A stretch of 64,000 nt of DNA. Source: Mobula hypostoma (taxonomy: Eukaryota). Location: contig NC_086107.1 of the NCBI RefSeq assembly GCF_963921235.1, positions 103,418,001 through 103,482,000 on the forward strand, in the 5' to 3' direction. This document shows positions 12,466 to 26,311 of this stretch, in pieces (position 1 is the first letter of the stretch; each line of letters opens with the position of its first letter). The notes beneath the pieces were generated by a model. The model saw only the letters and a list, made by a program, of their open reading frames with translations, was not told the origin of the DNA and did no database searches. The position numbers and the translations under genes were made by a program.

Positions 12466-14950
12466 GCTGTCCATGACCTTATTAACTCCAGGGATCTCCC
12501 ATCCACTGCCAGCAACAGCATAGTTCCTGCACCCCACACCTCCCGTTTCTACCTCCTACTTAAGATCCACAAACCTGCCTGTCCAGGTAGACTCATTGTT
12601 TTTGCTTTTCTCTGACCCACTAACTTATACCTGCATACTTCAACTCTTTATCTCTCTAGTTCAGTCTCTTGCTTCCTAAATCTGTGACCCTTCACACACT
12701 CTAGATCTTTTCAATGACTTCAAGTTCCCTGGCCCCGATTGTCTCATTTTCACCATGGACGTCCATTCCCTGTACATTTCCACCCCCAACCAGGATGGCC
12801 TTAAAGCTCTCCACTTCTGTTCCCAGCCTGTTCCCCTCCAGCACCACTCTCCTCCGTCTGGTGGAACTGATCCTGACTGTCAATAATTTCTCCTTCAGCT
12901 CCTCCCACTTCCTCTAAGCCATGGGCACTCACATGGTTCCTAGCTATGCCTATCTTGTTGGCTACGTAGAACAGTCTATGTTCCACATTACAGTGGAATC
13001 ACTCCTCAACTTTTCCTATGCTACATTGACTGCTGCATTGGAGCTGCATCCTGCACCTATGCTGAGCTCGTCGACTTCATCAACGTTTCCTCCAACTTTC
13101 ACCCTGCCCTCAAATTTACCTGGTCCATTTCCGACACTTTCCTCCCCTTTCTTGATCTCTCTGTCTATCACTGGAGACAGTTTATCTACTAATATCTTTG
13201 ACAAACCCTGATTCTCACAGCTGCCTGGACTATACCTTTTCCCATCTTGTCACTTGTAAATATCCCATCTCCTTCTCTCAGTTCCTCCATCTTCGCTGCA
13301 TCTGCTCTCAGGATGAGGCTTTTCATTCCAGAACTAATGAGATGTCCTCCTTCAAAGAAAGGGGCTTTCCTTTCTTCGCTATTAATGCTGCCCTCACCCG
13401 CATCTCTTCCATTTCATGCACGTCTGCCCCCACCCCATCCTCCCGCCATCACACCAGGGATAGGGTTCCTCTTGTCCTCCCTACCACTCAAGTAGCCTCC
13501 ACGTCCAGCGCATAATTCTCCATAACCCGCTATCTCTAATGGGATCCCTCCACTAAGTACATCTTTCCCTCCCCCCGCTCCCCCGCCCCGCCCCCCCCCA
13601 CTTTCCGCTTTCAATATGAATTGCTCCCCACATGACTCCCTTGTCCATTCATCTCTCCCCACAGATCTCCCTCCTGGCACTTAGCCTTGCAAGCCGACCA
13701 AGTGCTACACCTACCCCTACACCACCTCCTTCACTACCATTAAGGGCCCAAACACTCCTTCCAGGTGAGGCAACACTTCACCTGTGAGTCTGTTGTGTCA
13801 TCTACTGTATCCAGTGCTCCTGGTGTGACCTAAGTATCAGTGAGACTCGACTTAGGTTGGGAGAACCGATTTGCAGAGTACCTATGCTCTGTACACCAGA
13901 TAACCTGGGCCATGATCTCACTTGTTCCCTGAACTCCTCCATCCTTTATTTCCTGTAGAGCATCATGAAAGCTCACCTCTGTCCCAGGATACTGACGGGC
14001 TTTTACAGCTGTACCATTGAGAGCATACTCACCAGCTGCATCTCAGTGTGGTATGGCAATTGTCCCATATTGGACCGCAAAGCACTCCAGCGTGTGGTGA
14101 AGACTGCCCAGCGGATTATTGGCACCCAATTGCCCACCATTGAGAACATCTACCATAAATGCTGCCCGGGCAGGGTGAAAAGCATTATCAAGGATGCATG
14201 TCACCCTAACCATGGACTTTTTACTCTCCTCCCATCCGGTAGGCGCTACAGGAGCCTCCGCTCCCGCACCAGCAGGCACAGGAAGAGCTTCTTCCCTGAG
14301 GCTGTGACCCTGCTGAACCTCTCATCACAGCGCTAAGCAGTATTGCACGCATATTGTACTGTCTCAGTACTTTTATATTTGTGTGCTGTAGCACTTTTTA
14401 TTCGCAGTTATTTTGTAAATAACACTATTCTTTGCATTTCTGGTCAGATGCTAAATGCATTTCATTGGCTTCGTATCTATACTCAGCACAATGACAGTAA
14501 AGTTGAATCTAATCTAATCTAAAGCAGGAATTCCCGGTGGCCACTCACTTGAATTCTACTTTCTCTTCCATTCCAGCATGTCAGTCCTCCATTGCCGCAG
14601 TGAGGCCACACTCAGGTTGGAGGAGCAATACCTTTTATTCCGTCTGAACAGCCTCCAACCTGATGGCATGAACATTGACTTCTCAAATTTCCAGTATTTT
14701 CTACCCCTTCCTTCCCCCTTTACTGGTTTCACCTATCACCTACCACCTTGTACTTATTTCTTCCACCTTGTACTTATTTCTCCCCTTCCCCCACCTTGCT
14801 CTAACTTCTCATCTTTTTTTCCAGTCTTAATAAGGGATCTCAGCCCGAAACATCAACTGTGTACCCTTTTCCATAGATGCTGCCTGGCCTCTGAGTTCCT
14901 CCAGCATTTTGTGTGTGTTACTTGGATTTCCAGCATCTGCAGATTTTCTC
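12466..14950 (+). mobile_element. Decayed Penelope-like retroelement (RT + GIY-YIG endonuclease), split by a Rex/Babar insertion
   Basis: Frameshifted motifs TSRFYLLLKIHKP, FTMDVHSLY, LVELILTVNNFSF, MGTHMVPSYA, YID, PFLDL, SHSCLDYTFSH, FTCES, and after 14522 EATLRLEEQYLLFRLNSLQPDGMNIDFSNF followed by the PLE tail with a degenerate hammerhead (~14822-14860). Confidence 0.9.
13901..14521 (+). mobile_element. Rex/Babar-type LINE 3' part with (AATCT)n tail
   Basis: ORF 13965-14336 (FYSCTIESILT..SGRRYRSLRSRT..SFFP); tail aatctaatctaatct; same-family tail on minus strand at ~39012-39190. Confidence 0.85.
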
Positions 14951-15348
14951 ATCTTTTTAATTCCGATATGGGCCTCTGTTGTGGACTGAGAGTGAGAAGA
15001 GGGCAGGGAGAGGGGAAGGAGAGGGGAGGGAGCAGGAAGCACCAGAGAGACATTCTGTAATGATTAATAAACCAATTGTTTGGAATCACATGACCTTGCC
15101 TGGTGTCTGAGGGTGGGGTGTGTCTGCACCCACGCCACCCCCACCCCACACTGCTCTGCTGCCTGTTCCACACCCCTCAAGAGGCACTCCACGCTCGCTA
15201 TCTCCGACATACTTTGCTCCAGGCAGATTTATAAACTTGCTCTCCACTTCGCATTGACAAATACAGTACTGTGCGAATGCCTTAGGGGGAGAGAGAGAGA
15301 GACACACACACACTCACTCCCATATATTTTCTAATACATGTGAATGTA

Positions 15349-15868
15349 CACTCACTTTAATTCTACTTCCTCTTCCAAGAGTGGTTGCTGCTGTAGCCCA
15401 TCCACTTCAGGGGTCAGCATGTGTGTTCAGAGATGCTCTTCTGAACACCACTGTTGTTATGCGTGGTTATTTGAGTTACAGTTCCTTCCTGTCAGCTTGA
15501 ACCACTCTGTCCATTCTCCTCTGATCTCTCTCATTAGCAAGGCATTTTCACCACAGAACTGCTGCTCACTGGATGCTTTTATTTGTTTTTCACACCATTT
15601 TCATAAACGCTAGAGACTGTTGTGCATGAACACCCCAGGAGATCAGCAATTTCAGAGATACTCAAATCACCCCATCTGGCACCAACAATCATTCCACAAT
15701 CAGTCAGATAGATCACATTTCTTCCCTCATTCTGATGTTTGGTCTGAACAACAACTGAGCCTCTTGACCGTGCCCGTGTGCTTTTATGCATTGAATTGCT
15801 GCCACATGATAGGCTGATTAGATATTTGCATTAACGAGAGGTATAGGTAGTAAAATGTCCACTGACTG
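15349..15868 (-). mobile_element. Non-autonomous Tc1-like element
   Basis: Transposase N-terminal remnant GMIVGARWGDLSISEIADLLGCSCTTVS; TA-CACTC start. Confidence 0.8.
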
Positions 15869-16115
15869 TTTATGGTGAATAAAGTTGGTAATTGATGTGT
15901 TGAAGTGTCATCAACCCACACTCCAATTCACTGCGGTAGAAATCAATGGTAGAACTACTTTCTCAAGACCAGGATAGAGCAATGCAGTACACAAGTAGGT
16001 GTCACTGAATCCACGTCTATACCAAACATCCATTTTACTGATACTGCAGTGAATCCCCTTTCATCCTTTGCATCAACTTCCCTTGGATGCTATTCTATTT
16101 TCATCATAAATTCAT

Positions 16116-16382
16116 TGAGGTACAGCATGGAATTGGCCCTTTAAGCTACGCTGCCCAGCAATCCCCCGATTTAATCCTAGTCAAATCACGGGACAGTTTG
16201 CAGTGACCAATTAACCTACCAACCAGTATGTCTTTGGACTGTGAGAGGAAACTGGAGTACCTGGAGGAAACCCACGTGGTCACGGGGAGAACGTACAAAC
16301 TCCTTACCGGCAGTGGCGGGAATTGAACCTGCGTTGCCAGTACTGTAAAGTGTTGTGCTAACCACTACACTACCGTGCTGCC
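16116..16382 (-). mobile_element. V-SINE (HE1-like)
   Basis: tRNA-like head and central gtgggtttcctccaggtactccagtttcctctcacag domain on minus strand. Confidence 0.8.
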
Positions 16383-18418
16383 AATCTACTACTACTTATT
16401 AATATATACTACGGCAATTTACAAAGGTGAATTAACCTGTCAACCCCACATCTTTAAGGATGTAGGAGGAAACTGGAACATGGAAAGGGCATCTATAAAA
16501 TGATGGGGGGGCGGTGTTGTGTGAATGAAGTCACTGGAGAAAAGTACTGGTAGATCTGAAGCAGCTTCTTCATTTAACAAAACAAGATATATCAGGCATC
16601 GTATGGAGATTCTTTTGGTGGAAAAGTCTGGCTATGCCCAGCACTACACACATCTTAAATTCTAAAGATCAAAGAACATTCAGGAGGATTCAGACAAACC
16701 CAAACTTACAATCGTCCTGCCATCACTCCCAAAACAAGTGTTAATCACTGTCACATCCATGCAAAGGAATGTTGATTGGACTATGCGGACAATCAGCTGG
16801 TTACCTGTTTCCTGGTTTCCCTGGTCTGTGAACCAGTTATTCAGAGCTACATTAAAATCAAATCCACAATTCAGGTCTGAAGACTGGTGGCCGAAGTTAT
16901 CTGCAAAACTTGTTTTAGCCATGAGACCTGAGGATGGGGACCCTGGCTCATTTAGATTACATACTGTCCTTGTTTTTCTTACCAAAACTTCCAATTTACA
17001 GAATCATTTATTAGGAACAGATATTACCCATCAACCATCAGGCCCCTGAGCGAGTGAGGATAACTTCACTCACCTGAACTCTGAACTGATTCCACAACCT
17101 ATGGACGGACTTTCAAAAAGGACTTTGCAGCTCATGTTGTCAGTATTATTTATTTATTTTTTAAAAATTTGCACAATCTTTCTTCTGTTGCACAGTGGTT
17201 GCCAGTCTTTGTGTGTAGTTCTTTTTTGACTGTATTGTATTTCTTTGTCTACTGTGAATGCCTATGAGAGAATAACTCTCAAAGTATTATATGGTGATAT
17301 TTATATACTTTAATAAATTTGCTTTGAACTTCGATTTTTCCTTTGTCTGCAGTATGTGAATCATAGGTATGAGATCACTTGTCCTGAGGCACCAGGTATC
17401 TTGGAGATTCAGCTACAGAAAGGAATTGCAGACCCACCACAAACAATGAGTCATGTTACCTGAGCTGGTTGATGATTGCTGCTGGAATTCCTGAAGTTTC
17501 CCTTCAACTAAGCTTTTAAAAACTTCCTCAAACTTTATGAGCAAGCCCCAGATTAGAGAGAAGGTTTTTAAGCAAGGCAAAGCTTATGAAATTGTCGTCA
17601 TAATTTCCTTTTTGGGTTAAAAATGCAAATTACTAATTTTGATTAACTATTAAACATTTTCATAAGTTCACTTGCATTAAATTAACACCATTCTTCAAGG
17701 ACGTGCAATGACCAGTGTAAGGAAACCTGAGACTTAAAAAAAATTAACCTGAAACACAGATTGTGAAGTTGACATTGTTAAAATACCTTCAGTATTCGGT
17801 AATTTTTGTGACTTTGACATTGAAAGGCAGGCTGGCTGGAAGCTGAGGCTTTGTCTAGTCAGAACTAGTCACTGGTAAGCCTTTTAGCTGCATAGGGTAG
17901 GGTCTTGCCAACCAGCTGTGGGTCTGCGGGAGATTTCGTCTAAGTACACTCTTGAGAAATGAGGCACACAGATTGATATGGGAGCTGGGTTAAGCCATGT
18001 CATGGAAAGATTCTGCCCAGTGTGTTCAGAAACTGGCAGATGGTTGTATAGACTGAGTTCATTAAGTCTTGAACATAAAACGTTTGTTAATTGCAGGACT
18101 GTTGTGATTATGTTATATTATACATGAGCAACAAGACTACCACCACACCACCAGCTCCCACATGATTAAGTTCAGGAACAGTTATTACTCTTATTATCAT
18201 CGGGTGTGGATAACTTCACTCACCTGAACTCTGAACTGCTTCCACAACCTACAGACTCCGTTGCAAGGACTCTACTAATACATTTTCTTGGTATTATTTT
18301 TTTAAAATTTTAATTTGCACATTGGTTATCGGTCTTTGTTGATGCATAGTTTTTCATAAATTCTATTGTATTTATTTTCCTGTAAAATGTCTGCAAGAAA
18401 ATGAATCCCTAGATAGTG

Positions 18419-19199
18419 CAGTGGATTTTGGTTAATTGGGACATATCAGGCAGTGCATTTTGGCCCAATTAAGCAGCCACCCCAATGAGCCGAAGTTTCA
18501 AGAAAATCCTTAAAAAAGACAGACTGAGTAACAAATTATGTATTTCAATAGAATATAGAACAAATTAGAACACTACCAATAGTACTACAATACTATCAAA
18601 CTGTATTAGTTCTTAATAGTTATTGACAGAGGAATTCATCCAGTGTACACAATGAAGAATAAATTACTGCATGCATCTAGTGCAGATAATGGACTGCCTT
18701 CATACAACGTTATCGACAATTGCATCCTCCAAATCTTCATTTTTATTCTATCATTCAAGATTGATTATTGGTACCTTCAAATTCTTCATAGCTTCTAACT
18801 TGTTGAAGTAGTGAAATTGTTTCATTTTCACTTCCAGCTGTTTCTGGCATCTCCAAGCCTGAATGCTTGAAACAGCAGTGAGTAAAACAGCTCCAGTTGT
18901 CTTACTGCTTATTTCTTGTCAACCATCAGTGACAAAAATCACTGCATTTTGAACACAAACGCATGCAATTGACGCTATTTAAAAATGTTCACTCTAAGCA
19001 TGATGTAGCATCTAATGGCCACTCAAGTGTGCATGACCGATGCTAGTAAGAAACTGTTCAACAACAGTCTTCTGCCCCAATTAAGTGGTATAGTGTCCCA
19101 AATAAACAGAGAGAATTCCGGCAATTTTCTCAATTAGTCTTTTTGTTCTTTAAGAGTTGTCTCACGTTAGTGGCTGCTCCAATTAACTGGAATTCATTG
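18419..19199. mobile_element. Tigger/pogo-like non-autonomous element inserted into a LINE tail
   Basis: TIRs cagtggattttggttaattgg / ccaattaactggaattcattg-TA; host tail resumes at 19200. Confidence 0.75.
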
Positions 19200-19429
19200 T
19201 ATGTGGTGATATAAATGTATTTTGATAATAAATTTATTTTGACTTTGACTTTGTATGTGTATTGTTGCATAGCACAAAAAGTGACATGGGGTGACAGTTC
19301 CAAGAATTTGTGTGCTGTTTCATCAAAGTATAGCAACTTTGTAAGGCCCTTGAGGCAGTGATCGGTTGTTCTTATTTGGATAAAGTGGTAGAAACAATGT
19401 GGATACCCTTTCATCAAATAACATTAATA

Positions 19430-20325
19430 TAATGATGGAGAGAATGAAAATCTGGCTGAGTGGTGCCACAACAACAAACTCTTAATCAAAGTCAGCAAGA
19501 CCAAGGAGCTGATTATTGACTACAGGAGGAGGAAATCTGAGGTCCATGAGCCAGTCCTCATCAGGAGATCAGAGGTGGAGAGGGTCAGCAACTTTAAGTT
19601 CCTCGGTGTTATCATTTTAGAGGGCCTGGCCTGGGCCCAGCACATGGTTGCAACTGTGAAGAAAGCACGACAGTGCCTCTACTCCCTTAGAACTTTTGTG
19701 AAGTGTCCGCATTACATCTATAGATGTGTCATGGAGAGTACATGCTGTGGCTGCATCACAGCCTGGTATGGAAACACCAATGCCCTTGATCTGACAAAAA
19801 GTAGTGGATACGGCCCAGTCCATCACGGGTAAAGCCTTCCCCACCATTGAGCACATCTACATAGATTGTTGATGCAGGTAAGCAGCATCCATCATCAGGG
19901 AGCCCGCAACCCAGGATATACTCTCTTCTCGCTACTGCCATCAGAAAGAAGATACAAGAGCCTCAGGATTCACACCATCAGGTTCAGGAACATTTATTAC
20001 CCGTCAACCATCGGGCTTCCGAACCAGAGGGGATAACTTCACTTAACTTCAGTTGCTGCATCACTGAACTGTCCCCACAGCCTATGGACTCACTTTCAAG
20101 GACTCTTCACCTCATGTTCTCGATATTTATTTCTCACTTATTATTTCTTTCTCTTTGTATTTGTGCAATTTGTTGTCTTTTGAGCATTGGATGAACGCCC
20201 AAGTTGGTGCGGTCTTTCATTGATTTTGTTATCGGTAGTATTCTACGGATTTATTGAGTATGCTCACAAGAAAATGAATCTCAGGGTTGTATATATGTAC
20301 TTTGATAATAAATTTACTTTGAATT
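19430..20325 (+). mobile_element. 5'-truncated Rex/Babar-type LINE
   Basis: VSKTKELIIDYRRR, VERVSNFKFLGV, KKARQCLYSLR motifs; 3' tail ending aataaatttactttgaa. Confidence 0.8.
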
Positions 20326-21107
20326 TTAGATTCAGATCTGTGCATTGTGTAGGCATGTTGGGACAGCCAACGTACAGTGCCAATGATTTGATCTATATAT
20401 TATTTGAATTTTAATGACGTATTTGTGCTAAATCATTACCTGACAGGTTTGGGAGTAGACCAACAGAAATCTATTATAAACTATATAAGATCTGAAGCAT
20501 GCTAAAATCTTTTAAAACCATCTTTTATTACAGAATTTCAAACTGGAAGAGCTATCAATTATACATTGAACGTTGTTGCATAGCTGTGGTCCTTTGTTTT
20601 GCCTTTGTGTGGGCTCTCAAATGTAGTGATTGATGCCACTATAGCTAGAGGCTACAGAATCTAAATTGTGGTTATACTTATCTGTTCAAATGTGGCACAT
20701 CAGGATTTCTAAATGTATACCCTAAGGTAAAGGTATAATGTGGCTAGACTTGCTTCTTTTGATACCTTTTTGTGTATCTGACAGTTTGCACCTCAGGAAA
20801 ACAGAATTTGTAAAGAGTCAATTAACAAAGCCTTAATCTCCTCCTCTTTCAAGTTGCCCCACCCTCCAACTTTCTAAACTATGAGAGAGAAACCGACAAT
20901 TTGTGTCCCTCTGCGGGAACCTCTTCATATATTTTGAGTAGCTGTTTAATTTGTATTTCTTGAGCGCAGAGCTTGCTGAAGCTAGCCAGAGTGTGGACAT
21001 TTGTCAGAATGGTCTTCTGCACAGGAATTGAGAGGGACATCACTGAATCTGCAGTTCTGTGCTTTCAGTGTGTTTTGTGCTCTGATTCTGCAGTACCCAG
21101 TGATAAG

Positions 21108-21463
21108 AGTAAGAGCAATGCATCTGTTCCCTTTCTGCATTGCATTCTGTGTTGCGTGTTTATTATGAGTGGAGGCGCGTTAAAAGCGAAGGGAATAAGT
21201 TACGTCTTCATGCTTTGTTCATGGCAGTTTGCAGCTGGGGGCCGACAGATGTCGTGCCTTTTGTTGACCGCTCAATTACGCTTCATTTTGCCTGGTTTCA
21301 TCACTTCAAGGTTGTACGTTTGTTAATTGCTAATAAAAGATCGAATACGTAGCTTTGACTTTGGAACAACCATTATTGGAGCTGAGAGCACGTCATACAA
21401 GTATAACAAATCCATGCAGGGTGCCAGCAGCACCGATTGGTTTGGTTGGACTTGGCCACTGCA
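21108..21463 (+). mobile_element. Probable solo LTR (diverged copy of 33885-34270)
   Basis: Colinear homology (aagggaataagtta, accgctca, tcgaata, caagtataacaaatcc); AATAAA present. Confidence 0.55.
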
Positions 21464-21666
21464 TAATGCCAGTAACAAATTAGTGATTAAGTAATGCCTT
21501 CAACTACCATGAATTGTGACACGTTGATTTGCATATATCTACTTCGGAAAAAGTGAAAACTATTGCAGTAGTGCGAAATAAAAAAAGAAACTTTACAATT
21601 CATTTTGAATAAATAAAAATTCTAATGAAGTAATCAAATAACGTTTCCTTTCCACCGACGGACTCA

Positions 21667-21842
21667 TTAGGTTAATTGTCTTTTGCTTTTTTTGGCCTGT
21701 GGGAGGAAACTGGAGCACCCAGAGGAAACCCACACTGTCATGGGGAGAACGTGCGAACACCTTTCGGGCAGTGGCAGGAATTGGACCCAGGTCACCGGCA
21801 CTGTAAAGTGTTGTGTTAACCACCTCACCACAGTGCCACCCC
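21667..21842 (-). mobile_element. V-SINE, partial
   Basis: gggaggaaactggagcacccagaggaaaccca central domain plus tRNA-like head. Confidence 0.75.
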
Positions 21843-21917
21843 AATCCCCAATCCATGTTGCCAAGCAACAGCCTAAGGAGGAGGAAGACAGCCAAGTAAT
21901 TGATGGATGGTGACTAA

Positions 21918-22660
21918 AGGCTGATTTGTACTTGTGCGTGCTAGCTTGTACTGTAGCCTATGCAAACGGGCTACGCTGTTGTGAGCATTTATACTTGTGC
22001 GTTGGTGTGTGTGCGTCGCGCTGCAATTCACTGCCAAAACGCTAGTTGGTGGTGGGGTTTCTATGCCACTGTGTTGAGTTTCTTCGTGTTGAAACTCAAC
22101 ACGAAGAAACTCAAACTTCAAACAATGGCGACTGAGACTGAAGGGGGGTGAATTTTCTGTGTTTGTCCGGCCACTGAGAGACATGGACGAGGAAATGCAT
22201 TTCGAATATTTTCGGATGTCGGCAGGTAGATTTGACGATTTGGTTCATCATCTCCAACCATTAATATCGCATCAGTTACGCCCAGTATACTCAGAGACTG
22301 GCAATCTCCATTCGAGTTTTAGCTTCAGGTGGAAGTCAACAGGCTGTAGCAGCTAGCTACAAACTGGCGTCAAGCACAGGGTCCTCCATAATTTTGGAAA
22401 TCTGTAAAGCTTTATGGAAAGCATTGCAGCCAGAGTTCCTTCCCTGCCCTTCAGTCGCCCTATTGCAGCGTAGGAGGAAATGCGATGCTACCGAACGGAT
22501 CAATCACAGTTGTTGCGGTCTGCGTCACTGCAACGCGTAGTTACATTTTAGCAGAAGTGTGCGTTAGGCTACGGCGTAGGGCTTGTGTAGAGTACAGCAT
22601 AGGGTGCGCCGCTACGCCATACCTACGGCATACATTTGACGCACAAGTATAAATCAGCCT
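21918..22660 (+). mobile_element. PIF/Harbinger deletion derivative with transposase remnant
   Basis: TIRs aggctgatttgtacttgtgcgt / acgcacaagtataaatcagcct; TAA TSDs at 21915-21917 and 22661-22663; peptide [52 protein letters not shown] typical of Harbinger transposase N-terminus. Confidence 0.9.
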
Positions 22661-24019
22661 TAAGTACCTAGTCATAGAATCATAGAAAACCTACAGCACA
22701 ATACAGGCCCTTCAGCCCACAATGCTGTGCCGAACATGTACTTACTTTAGAAATTACCTAGACTTACCCATAGCCCTCTATTTTTCTAAGCTCCATGTAC
22801 CTATCCAGGAGTCTCTTAACGTGCTGTTGGATTTCATATATCTCAAGCTAGAGAAGTTCAGGCCCATAGAAATAGAGCATGAAACCCCTTGTCGTTTGGA
22901 TGTTCTTAGAAACCATATCCAAGATAAAATTTATCATCAACAGTACAAATGGTAATGTCTTTAAGGGGAACCTAGATGTACACAGGAAGAAGGAAGTGGA
23001 ATACCTCAAGTGGAAAGGGGTGTTTGGCGCCGTGCAGGCCTGTAGCTTCAGATGACATCTTTCTAAGCTCTACGTTCTTTATATGTGAGTTGTAAGTGTT
23101 TCTGTCATTGAGAACCACGGAGAATTTTTACCAGAGTCATCTCTTCTTTCTTTTGGGAAATTAAGTGAGCGCTGGGGAATAGAAGGGTGATTTTGCAAAC
23201 TCTCTGGTTATGTTTGGCAGACAACTATTATTCCACATCTCTATCATACTTTTAGGAATGGTTGTATCATGAATGTGAGTGCTAAATTATATGTTTAAGA
23301 AAAAGTGGAGGCTTTGGCTGCTGTTTTGTCTCACTAAAGAGCTGCTTGGTTCTTTCAACACACATCTATTTTTAAAGGTTAAACTAGTCTTAGGAAATTA
23401 CCAGTTACATGGAAACCAAAATTCAGATATTTATTTTTCAGGGGGAAAACCAGAGTCTGTGGTTTGCTGCAAGCACTTGTTACGGATTAGATTTTGTTTT
23501 TTTTTAACCTTGCACAATGTCTTGCCCTGTTTGAAGGTGGGCTGTGTGTCGGAAGTAATTCATTGGCAGTTTAATTTAACTGGGTTGGGGTTAGGGATGT
23601 ATGGAACCTGGTGCAGATAAATTTCCATTACCTTCACCAGGTAAAGCTGGTGATTTCAGGGAGCCTCAGGGCTTCACGGAATGATGGAGCAGGTGAGTAA
23701 AATAGAGCAATTGAAACCGAACTTTAGTAAGCAGCTGGGTTTCTGTGTTCAAAGAATTGAGGATGTTCTTTAGCTCAAATTCTGCAAACTTAGGGATGCA
23801 AGATACTGCACTTGCTGGACTATGGAGCAAAAAAAAAGAGCTGCTGGAGGAATTCAGTGGATCAAACAGCATCCAGTCCAGATGAAGGATCTCAAACCCA
23901 GAACTGTCCATTTCCCTCTACGGATGCAGATGACTCCAGCACCTGCTTAATTTAAGAGATTTTTAGCTTTGGCAAGGAACAGTGTAGTGGTACAACCTCC
24001 TTTTAGTGAGGTGCACCAC

Positions 24020-24770
24020 TTAGACCAGAAGATATAGGAGCAGACTTAGGCCAATCAGGCTATCAAGTCTGCCCCACCAATCCAGCATGGCTGATTTATT
24101 ATCCCTCTCAACCGCATTCTTCTGCCTTCTCCCTGTATCTTTGATGGCCTGACTAACCAAGAACCTATCAACCTTTGCTTTAAGTATACTCAATGACTTG
24201 GCCTCCACAGCTGTTTGTGGCAATGAATTCTACAGATTCACCACTCTCTGGCTAAAGAAGTTCCTTCTCATCTCTGTTCTAAATGGATGTCCCTCTATTC
24301 TGAGGCTGTGCCCTCTGGTCTGAGACTCCCCCAATATAGGAAAAATCTTGTCCGTTTCTACTCTGTCTAGGACCTTTCAATATTCAATGGGTTTCAGTGA
24401 GATCCCTCCCATCATTCTTCAAAGCTCCAGTGAGTACAGGCCCAGAACCATCCAATGCTCCTCATATGTTGACCTTGCCTTCCTAGAATCATTCTTGTGA
24501 ATCTCCTCTGGACCTTCTCCAATGCCAGCACATCTTCTCTTAGATGAGGGGCCAAAAACTGCTCACAATACTCTTAAGTGCAGTCTGACCAATGTCTTAT
24601 AAAAGTCTTCGTATCATATCCTTGCTTTTATATTCTAGACCTCTCGAAATGAATGCTAACATTACGTTTTCCCCCTTATCATCGACTCAACCTGCAAGGT
24701 AACCATGAGGGAATCCTGCACAAGGACTCCCAAGCCTTTTGCATCTCCGATTTTTGAATTTTCTCCCCAC
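24020..24770 (-). mobile_element. CR1 LINE 3' portion
   Basis: PQTAVEAKSLSILKAKVDRFL C-terminal motif and CR1 3'UTR. Confidence 0.8.
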
Positions 24771-25039
24771 CTAGAATTTAAAACTTTGTCACATTTCCAA
24801 TCTGCTGTATTATTACCAAATGTGTCAGAATTATATAGTGCCCATTGCTCTGTATTGTGAGCAATGAGGATTCCTCACATTGCCATTTTCTTGGGAATAA
24901 AATTAAAACTATATTCGGGCAGCTGCCTTGCGTTCTTGTCAGATTTTGAACAATCTTAAAGATTCCTTGGTTGCATTTGAATGATATGAGCAGACCAAAT
25001 AGTTTGGTGTTTTTGATCCACCAAATAACCAGAGACTTT

Positions 25040-25325
25040 GTCCAGGGATGAAATGGCTAAGACAAGGGGGCAAAATTTTAAGGTGTTTGGAGGAAAGTAT
25101 GGCTGGGAGGTATCAGTTGTAAGTTCTTCACACAAAGAGCGGTGGGTTTGTGAAATGCCCTGCCGGGGTGGCGGTAAATGCCAGGGGGCATTTTAGAAAC
25201 TCTGAGATGGGCACGTGGATGATAGAAAAATGGAGGAGGGGAAGGTTAGATTAATCTCAGGGTAGGTTAAAAAGTCAGCACAACATAATGGGTTGAAAGA
25301 CCTGTACTGAATGGTAATGTTCCAC
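25040..25325 (+). mobile_element. CR1 LINE 3' fragment
   Basis: acaagggggcaaaattttaaggtg (TRGH-x-K-like) and CR1-type 3'UTR. Confidence 0.6.
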
Positions 25326-25366
25326 GATTTAGGCCTTTCACTTAGTTAAATCAAACCAAACCCCTT

Positions 25367-25940
25367 ATAGTCATAGTCATAGTCATACTTTATTGATCCC
25401 AGGGGGAAATTGGTTTTCGTTACAGTTGCACCATAAATAATAAATAGTAATAGAACCATAAATAGTTAAATAGTAATATGCAAGTTATGCCAGTAAATTA
25501 TCAAATAAGTCCAGGACCAGCCTATCGGCACAGGGTGTCAGACCCTCCAAGGGAGGAGTTGTAAAGTATGATGGCCAGAGGCAGGAATGACTTCCTATGA
25601 CGCTCTGTGCTGCATCTTGGAGGGATGAGTCTCTGGCTGAATGTACTCCTGTGCCCACCCAGTGCATTATGTAGTGGATGGGAGACATTGACCAAGATGG
25701 CATGCAACTTAGACAGCATCCTCTTTTCAGACACCACCGTCAGAGAGTCCAGTTCCATCCCCACAACATCACTGGCCTTACGAATAAGTTTGTTGATTCT
25801 GTTGGTGTCTGTTACCCTCAGCCTGCTGCCCCAGCACACAACAGCAAACATGATAGCACTGGCCACTACAGACTCGTAGAACATCCTCAGCATCGTCCGG
25901 CAGATGTTAAAGGACCTCAGTCTCCTCAGGAAATAGAGAC
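25367..25940 (-). mobile_element. Young Rex/Babar-type LINE 3' part, (GACTAT)n tail
   Basis: Intact 123-aa C-terminal ORF nearly identical to the one at 51135-51902; tail (atagtc)x3 on plus strand. Confidence 0.9.
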
Positions 25941-26311
25941 GTAGATAGATACAAGTAGGTATCCACTCTGACTTTTAAGGACCCTTCACTTAATGAATTG
26001 AGGCATTGTTTTTCCAAACTCCAGTAAGAGTTGCTGCTATTTCATATTTATTAGTTTAATTTTCATGCTTACGCTCTATTCTTTGAACTACGTTGTCTGT
26101 ATGAATAGTGCTCTTTATCTAAGTAATTATTTCAATTATTAAATGAAAGGCAGTGACAAAAAACAATGAGTAGCTGGGTGGAATGTGAAATGCTTCTGAG
26201 TTAGTATCCAAGTACAAATGGTTGGGCTGGTTAGCACTGCATTGGGCTGTTCATAGTCTGTTTTATCTGAGTTCAAAGATTTGTTATACTATTCTATTAA
26301 AGTGTAAGGTA

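Noticed and set aside
16527..17000. Possible LTR-like repeat and overlapping ~100-aa ORFs (also 60880-61450)
   Set aside because: No second copy, TSD or recognisable protein motif to support a call.
20534..20726. Possible exon (ttttattacAG ... AAG|GTAAAG)
   Set aside because: Splice-like signals only; intron-like composition and no other support.
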